Positions 58,845 through 64,000 of a stretch of DNA of 64,000 nucleotides are shown piece after piece; within the stretch, counting starts at the first letter, position 1; each line of letters opens with the position of its first letter. Position numbers and translations under genes: made by a program. Source of the DNA: an uncultured Acidimicrobiaceae bacterium. GTDB lineage: Bacteria; Actinomycetota; Acidimicrobiia; Spongiisociales; SHLN01. The notes under the pieces are model-generated. The model searched no databases and was not told the DNA's origin. It worked only from the letters and a program-made list of their open reading frames with translations. The stretch lies in contig CAMYMH010000013.1 in NCBI GenBank assembly GCA_947259275.1, positions 38,896 to 102,895 on the forward strand, in the 5' to 3' direction.

Positions 58845-60722
58845 CTAACTCAGCTTCTCTCGGAGAACTTCTTCGATCCGGCCCGGTTTGAGGGGTTGGC
58901 CTCGGACCTCGCCCCAGCAGTCGATGTCGATGAGGGTGCGAGCGCGCAGCATCCAGGCCAGGTTGGTGTAGCGGCGGTTCTCGTTGTCGATCAGGCCATC
59001 TCCCACGTAATCGCAGTAATTGTTCTCTACCGCCATCACGTGCTCGAAGCGTTGCATCGCCTCGGCGATCCCCGGGGCCATCGGTTGCAGGAACTTGAGA
59101 TGCATTGAGCCCGCCCGGTGCCCGTCGGCTCGTACCCGCTCAACTGCCTCCTCGATGGCGCCCTTGGTGCTGCCCCAGCCAACCACCAGCAGCTCGCCCT
59201 CCTGGTCGCCTACGACTGCTGCGGGCATCAAGGTCTTCTGAAAGGCCGCCAGTTTCATGCTGCGATTCCGCAGGCCCTCCTGGTTGATCGACGGGTCGTA
59301 GGCCACGGTGCTGCTGCGGTCATGCGCCAGTCCGGTGAGGCAGTGCATGCCCTTGGGTTGCCCGGGGATGAATCGGCGAGCCAGGCCGGAGTCTCGGTCC
59401 CATTCGTACGGCTCCGCCCCGTCCGGAATCGGGCTCTGGTCGATCGGCGGGGCGAGCCAATCCTCGCTGAACCGGGGCCGGATGAAAGGCTGCTGGGCGG
59501 TGGCCAGGCTGGCGTCGGTCAGCACCACCACCACCATGTTGAAGGTCTCGGCAATCCGGCGGGCGGTGATAATCGAGTAGAAGCAATCTTCGATGTCGCC
59601 GACGCCCATCACCACCTTGGGGGCATCTCCGTGGCTGCCGAACACCGAGGTGAGCAGGTCGCCTTGCTCGGCCTTGGTCGGCTGTCCGGTCGAGGGCCCT
59701 CCTCGCTGCACGTTGACTATCACCAGTGGAATCTCGGCCATCACCGCCAGGCCGATTCCCTCTTGCTTCAGCGAGTAACCGGGGCCCGATGTGATCGTCA
59801 CGGCGCACTTCCCGGCATACGAGGCGCCGATGGCGAAGGCACAGGCGGCGATTTCGTCCTCGGCCTGGTGAACCACTCCGCCCACCTTTTCAAAGATCTC
59901 GCTCAGGTAGTGGGAGGCGGAGGTGGCCGGGGTGATGGGATACATGGCGCAGACTTCCATCCCCGAAGCCATCACCCCCAGGCCGATGGCGGTGTTGCCG
60001 TTGACGACCACCCGGGGCTCTCGGGGCGGGGTGGCCGGTATTCGAAAGCGGAGGTCGAGGCTTTCTTCCGCCCATTGCCAGCCGGCTTGCAGCAGCTGCT
60101 GGTTGGGGAGGATCACCCGGTCGCCCTTCTTGGCGAAAGTGAACGCAACCTGCTCCCTGGCCAGATCTAGGTCGAGGCTGTAGATGCGGCACAGCAGCCC
60201 GAGCACGAACATGTTCTTGCCGCGCCGGGGGTCGGCGACGTACTCGAGACACTTCTCTTCCATCGGGATCTCGTATACCTGGTAGCCGTCGGCCACCAGC
60301 TCGTCGCGGACGGCGACGTAAGAGGCTGCGATTTCGGGATCCGGATTGCTCTCCCACATGTTCTCCATCAGCACTATGCAGCCGGGTTTCAGCTCCTGGG
60401 CCCGCAGCCGGCCGAGCAGAACCTGCTCATTGAAAGCCACTACCAGGTCGGCGGCGTCGCCCCCATTGCCGACCGGGCCGGTTGCCAGCCGGGTGCGGTT
60501 CCCGCTGGCGCCCTCGATGCTGCGCGCCGGCGGCTGAATCTCGGCCGGGATGATCTCCACGGTCCAGATGCCGTTTCCCATCCGGGCTGCGATTCCTGCC
60601 AATGACTGGCCGCACTTCTGGGCGCCCTCTCCGGAGTCGCTGACGATGTCGATGATGTGCTCTTCCAGCACTGTGGCTGTGTCATCGATACCCGGCGGGG
60701 GGGAGTCCAGTCTGGTCGCCAT
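58845..60722 (-). CDS. 2-oxoacid:ferredoxin oxidoreductase alpha subunit, set 2
   Basis: VSDSGEGAQKCGQ, YPITPATS, EDEIAA, GGPSTGQPTK. Confidence 0.9.
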   Translation of the reverse strand: MATRLDSPPPGIDDTATVLEEHIIDIVSDSGEGAQKCGQSLAGIAARMGNGIWTVEIIPAEIQPPARSIEGASGNRTRLATGPVGNGGDAADLVVAFNEQVLLGRLRAQELKPGCIVLMENMWESNPDPEIAASYVAVRDELVADGYQVYEIPMEEKCLEYVADPRRGKNMFVLGLLCRIYSLDLDLAREQVAFTFAKKGDRVILPNQQLLQAGWQWAEESLDLRFRIPATPPREPRVVVNGNTAIGLGVMASGMEVCAMYPITPATSASHYLSEIFEKVGGVVHQAEDEIAACAFAIGASYAGKCAVTITSGPGYSLKQEGIGLAVMAEIPLVIVNVQRGGPSTGQPTKAEQGDLLTSVFGSHGDAPKVVMGVGDIEDCFYSIITARRIAETFNMVVVVLTDASLATAQQPFIRPRFSEDWLAPPIDQSPIPDGAEPYEWDRDSGLARRFIPGQPKGMHCLTGLAHDRSSTVAYDPSINQEGLRNRSMKLAAFQKTLMPAAVVGDQEGELLVVGWGSTKGAIEEAVERVRADGHRAGSMHLKFLQPMAPGIAEAMQRFEHVMAVENNYCDYVGDGLIDNENRRYTNLAWMLRARTLIDIDCWGEVRGQPLKPGRIEEVLREKLS

Positions 60723-60725
60723 GGG

Positions 60726-62285
60726 TCATCCTTCCTGACTACCGGAGCCGCTCAGGGCCGGCTCGGGTACGGTGTGATCGGGTGGCAGCCGCAGCCGCAC
60801 GTGGTTCCGCTCCCGGGGGTCGAAGCCAAACGGACCCTCCTTGGCGCCGTCGGGTTGGTACACCACCTCGGTATCGCGGATCTTGAGGTAATCCTTGATG
60901 GCCCCGGCCGCCGTGCGGCCCGCGCCCATCGCCAGGATGACGGTGGCGGCCCCGGTGACGATGTCTCCGCCTGCGTACACCCCGGCCATCGATGTGCTCA
61001 GGTCATCGTCGGTTGCGATGTAGCCGCGTTCGTCGAGTTCCAGTTCGGAGGTTTGGCCGATCACCTTGTTGGCGGTGGTACCGATCGCATAGACGACGGT
61101 GTCGGCCTCGAATTCGTATTCGCTGCCCGGGATGGGAACCGGGCGTCGCCTCCCCGAATCGTCCGGTTCGCCGAGCTCCATGCGGATGCAGCGCATCGCC
61201 CGCACCGCTCCTTCACCGTCGTCGAGAAGTTCCACCGGAGCGGTCAGCCAGTGGAACTCGACCCCTTCTTCCTCGGCATGGGTGATCTCCTCCTCTCGGG
61301 CCGGGCTTTCCTGCCGGGTGCGGCGGTAGACGCAGTACACCTTCTCGGCACCGGCGCGCAGGGATACCCGCATCGCATCCATGGCGGTATTGCCGGAACC
61401 GATGACGGCGACATGTGAGCCGATGGTGATCGGGGTGTCGTATTTGGGAAACTGCAGCGCCCCCATCAGGTTGCAGCGGGTCAGCAGCTCGTTGGCGGAG
61501 AGCACGCCATGCAGTGCTTCTCCGGGTATGCCCATGAAGCGGGGGGTGCCGGCACCGGTGCCGATGAAGACGGCGTCGTAGCCCATTTCGGTTCGCAGCT
61601 GTTTGATGGTGAACATCCGGCCGACCACGGTGTTGCACTGGATCTCGACCCCCAAACGGGTGAGGTTCTCCATCTCGGCGTCGATGACTTCGTTTGGCAG
61701 GCGGAATTCGGGGATGCCGTAGCGCAGGACCCCGCCGGGGGCGTGCAACGCTTCGAAGATGGTGACTTCACATCCGGCCTTGGCCAGGTCGGCGGCACAG
61801 GCGATGCCGGCGGGGCCCGATCCCACCACTCCGATCCGGTAGGGGACTGGCTCGATGTGGGGGACGTTGTGCCAGCCTTCCTCCAGCCCCATGTCGCCGA
61901 TCCAGCGTTCCAGCCGGCCGATGGCGACCGGCTCCAGGACGTCGCCCACCGGGCAAACCAGTTCGCACTGGTCCTCCTGCGGGCATACTCGGCCACAGAT
62001 CGCCGGAAGCAGGTTGGCGTCGGTGAGGATGTCATAGGCTCCGCGATAGTCCTGCTCGGAGATCCGCTCGATGAAGCCGGGGATGTCGATCGCCACCGGG
62101 CAGGCAGGCACACAGGCGGCCTCTTTGCACAGCAGGCACCGCTCCGCCTCCCGCAAGGCGTCCTCGGGCCGGTAACCAAGCGCCACCTCGTCGAAGTTGC
62201 CGATTCGATCCGACGCCGGCTGCTCGGGAATCGGCGTGCGTTCCTGGGGAATCGTTCGAATCGTCTTCTTGGTTTCGGTTGCCAA
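60726..62285 (-). CDS. NfnB/GltD-like NAD(P)H-dependent FAD/[4Fe-4S] oxidoreductase (glutamate synthase small-subunit family)
   Basis: TTG at 62285, 14 nt after the upstream stop. RIGNFDEVALGY, CLLCKEAACVPACPV, CGRVCPQEDQCE, VVGSGPAGIACA, GGVLRYGIPEFRLP. Confidence 0.88.
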   Translation of the reverse strand: MATETKKTIRTIPQERTPIPEQPASDRIGNFDEVALGYRPEDALREAERCLLCKEAACVPACPVAIDIPGFIERISEQDYRGAYDILTDANLLPAICGRVCPQEDQCELVCPVGDVLEPVAIGRLERWIGDMGLEEGWHNVPHIEPVPYRIGVVGSGPAGIACAADLAKAGCEVTIFEALHAPGGVLRYGIPEFRLPNEVIDAEMENLTRLGVEIQCNTVVGRMFTIKQLRTEMGYDAVFIGTGAGTPRFMGIPGEALHGVLSANELLTRCNLMGALQFPKYDTPITIGSHVAVIGSGNTAMDAMRVSLRAGAEKVYCVYRRTRQESPAREEEITHAEEEGVEFHWLTAPVELLDDGEGAVRAMRCIRMELGEPDDSGRRRPVPIPGSEYEFEADTVVYAIGTTANKVIGQTSELELDERGYIATDDDLSTSMAGVYAGGDIVTGAATVILAMGAGRTAAGAIKDYLKIRDTEVVYQPDGAKEGPFGFDPRERNHVRLRLPPDHTVPEPALSGSGSQEG

Positions 62286-62299
62286 CTTCCCTGCTCCTA

Positions 62300-63382
62300 T
62301 CAGGGCGCGGCCGCGCCCGTCAAACCCTCCGCCCACGTCTCCAGGGCCTGCTTCTCCTGTTCGATGAACCTGCGCAATCTGCCCATGAGATGGTCGAAGT
62401 CGACCTGGTGACCGTCGAATTCGGGCCCGTCCACGCAGGCGAATTTCATTTCTCCGCCCACGATGACCCGGCATCCACCGCACATCCCCGTCCCGTCGAC
62501 CATGATCGGGTTGAGGCTGACCGTGGTCTTGATCCCGTGGGGACGAGTGGCTTCGGCGCAGGCTCGCATCATGATGGGCGGACCGATGGCCACCAGCTCG
62601 GCGATGTCCTCGTGCTCCTCGATGGCAGCCTCGATTCCCTTGGTCACCAGACCGTGGATCCCCGCCGAACCGTCATCGGTGCAGATGATGAGCTGATCGC
62701 AATAGCGGTTGAACTTGTCCTCCCAGAAGATCAGCTCCCGATTGCGGAACCCGACGACGCCGATCACGTACGCCCCCGCCTCCTGGGCGGCCCGCACTTG
62801 CGGATAGATCGACGCCACTCCCAACCCGCCGCCGACGAACACGGTCTTGCCGGCGTTCTCGAGCTGGCTGGGAATGCCCATCGGCCCGACCACCGAGTGG
62901 AGGGTGCTGCCCGCCACGCATCGCTGCTGCATCTCACGGGTGGTCTTGCCGACCGCTTGCACCACCAGGGTGATGGTCCCCGCCTCTCGATCGAAGTCGG
63001 CAATGGTCAGTGGAATGCGCTCCCCGTGTTCATGGGAGATCACCAGCACGAACTGACCCGGCTGGGCGGCCTCGGCCAGCATCGGATGACTCAACTCGAG
63101 CAGGTAGGTGACGTCCGAGAAGTCCTCCCGAGCGGTGATTTGATAACCATCAGCCTGGACCGGTTTGGGATCGGTGGGGCCATCCAGCTCCCGCCGAGCC
63201 CGGGCGATCCGCTCACGGAACTCGGCCACCACCTGGGAGCGGGCCTGGCGGGCGGTTTCCAGGTCTTGAGTCCGGAGCGAGCGGCGCAGGTCGTATCCCA
63301 GCGCGGGCCGCAGGCTGGGGGGAACCGAGATCTTCACCCACCAGGTCTTGCCCCGTTTGAACAGATACCTGGTGTCGCTCAT
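62300..63382 (-). CDS. NfnA/SudB/PyrK-like FAD/[2Fe-2S] ferredoxin-NADP reductase-type subunit with ~85-aa N-terminal extension
   Basis: ATG at 63382 with SD ggaaggg. Core: PGQFVLVISHEHGERIPLTIADFD, GPMG, FVGGGLGVASIYP, DGTGMCGGCRV. N-terminal YLFKRGKTWWVKISVPPSLRPALGYDLRRSLRTQDLETARQ is not part of the normal family. Confidence 0.85.
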   Translation of the reverse strand: MSDTRYLFKRGKTWWVKISVPPSLRPALGYDLRRSLRTQDLETARQARSQVVAEFRERIARARRELDGPTDPKPVQADGYQITAREDFSDVTYLLELSHPMLAEAAQPGQFVLVISHEHGERIPLTIADFDREAGTITLVVQAVGKTTREMQQRCVAGSTLHSVVGPMGIPSQLENAGKTVFVGGGLGVASIYPQVRAAQEAGAYVIGVVGFRNRELIFWEDKFNRYCDQLIICTDDGSAGIHGLVTKGIEAAIEEHEDIAELVAIGPPIMMRACAEATRPHGIKTTVSLNPIMVDGTGMCGGCRVIVGGEMKFACVDGPEFDGHQVDFDHLMGRLRRFIEQEKQALETWAEGLTGAAAP

Positions 63383-63444
63383 CCGCTCACCCTTCCGAGT
63401 AATCGGCCCGCCGGCCCCCGGTGGTGGGGGACAGTCGACCCGGA

Positions 63445-63505
63445 TGTACCTTCTCGGGGCCAACCTTGTACCTGAGGGGTCCTGCCGGATAGGGTCTTTG
63501 TACCT
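63445..63505. promoter_or_regulatory. Three direct repeats of TGTACCT (spacing 22 and 32 nt) upstream of the nfnA-like operon
   Basis: Copies at 63445-63451, 63467-63473 and 63499-63505, 63-123 nt upstream of the start at 63382. Confidence 0.5.
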
Positions 63506-63515
63506 TTTGTGAATT

Positions 63516-63531
63516 TGTGAAAGTTTGCACA
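63516..63531. promoter_or_regulatory. CRP-like site TGTGA-N6-GCACA (9/10 match) upstream of the nfnA-like operon
   Basis: tgtgaaagtttgcaca lies in a locally AT-rich stretch, 134-149 nt upstream of the start at 63382. Confidence 0.4.
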
Positions 63532-63600
63532 AAGTCGGACGATATTCCGGGACTTAGACATCGGTGTGCCGGGAACCAATTCCGGCGGTAGTCTCGCAAC

Positions 63601-64000
63601 GTGAGCTTTGAGATTCCGTCCGACCCATACAACGCGGTCCTGGGCCTGCGCGTGGTTAGGAAGTATCTGGCCGAACCGGTTTCGGCCGAGGATGCGGCGG
63701 CGATTCTCGAGGCCGGGCGATGGACCGGAAGCGCCAAGAATCGCCAGGACTGGATGTTTCTCGTTGTGGATGATCCCGACCAGCAGGGCCGGCTCGCCGA
63801 TTGTGGCCAATTCTCCCAACCGCTACGTGATGCCCGACTGGCCGTGGTACCCGTTCGCCTGCCGGACGGCTATGAGTTCGACATCGGCCGGGTCTCGCAG
63901 AACATGATGCTGGCGGCGTCCACGCGCGGGGTCGGCTCTTGTCCCGTTACCCTCCACGATGAGGCCTGTGCGGCCGAGGTCCTCAGCCTGCCGGCCGGGC
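63601..64000 (+). CDS. Nitroreductase-family protein (3' end outside window)
   Basis: The GTG at 63601 opens a frame that runs to the window end. LRVVRKYLAEPVSAEDAAAILEAGRWTGSAKNRQDWMFLVV matches the RxxRxF...ILEAA...N.Q.W.F.VV nitroreductase pattern. Confidence 0.7.
   Translation, partial: MSFEIPSDPYNAVLGLRVVRKYLAEPVSAEDAAAILEAGRWTGSAKNRQDWMFLVVDDPDQQGRLADCGQFSQPLRDARLAVVPVRLPDGYEFDIGRVSQNMMLAASTRGVGSCPVTLHDEACAAEVLSLPAG

Noticed and set aside
63128-63600. Integrase or mobile-element call at the right end of the window.
   Set aside because: Only an ~65-aa arm-domain-like segment is present, fused to a reductase. There is no recombinase catalytic domain and I could find no tRNA or att repeats, so it is not reported as a mobile element.

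Overview
GC-rich, Actinomycetota-like chromosomal window, possibly Acidimicrobiia-like (inference from gene order only). The backbone is the conserved housekeeping block lysA-hom-thrC-rho-rpmE-(DUF1385)-prfA-prmC ... tsaC-(SRPBCC)-glyA-atpZ/I-B-E-F-H-A-G-D-C. Three parts go beyond that backbone. (1) nt 1-5193 is the 3' part of a very large secreted protein with many PLGAI pentapeptide repeats, a clan-CD-like His/Cys peptidase core and a PKD domain. (2) About 24.6 kb (15487-40080) sits between prmC and tsaC. It encodes a Wzx/Wzy-type glycan locus: initiating sugar transferase, amino-sugar dehydrogenase/aminotransferase pair, three GT4 enzymes, flippase, polymerase-like protein, an apparently frameshifted Wzz/BY-kinase and a secreted lyase-like protein with a poly-(Ser-Thr) linker. 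Next to it is a subcluster that looks like phosphonate/peptide-ligase chemistry: PEP-mutase-like gene, D-2-hydroxyacid dehydrogenase, Zn-ribbon SAM methyltransferase, ATP-grasp ligase, FemAB-like transferase, and an adenylation-less NRPS-type C-T-TE protein whose thioesterase has Cys in place of the nucleophilic Ser. (3) A tightly packed ~12-kb minus-strand operon (51301-63382) encodes an NfnA/NfnB-like pair, two paralogous two-subunit 2-oxoacid:ferredoxin oxidoreductases, an amidase and an uncharacterised 732-aa protein. That protein ends in a ferredoxin domain and appears to carry a degenerate PFOR-like region. The NfnA-like protein has an N-terminal extension resembling the arm-type N-terminal domain of tyrosine recombinases. 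Small-scale signals include CRP-like TGTGA-N6-TCACA palindromes upstream of the atp operon and the nfn/OFOR operon, three TGTACCT direct repeats, a 17-bp-stem hairpin in the hom leader, a tandem 17-mer in the glycan-locus leader, and a 19-nt exact repeat linking two gene starts 7.4 kb apart. I recognised no rRNA, tRNA, CRISPR array or complete mobile element. All functional calls come from motif recognition in the supplied translations. No database search was run.
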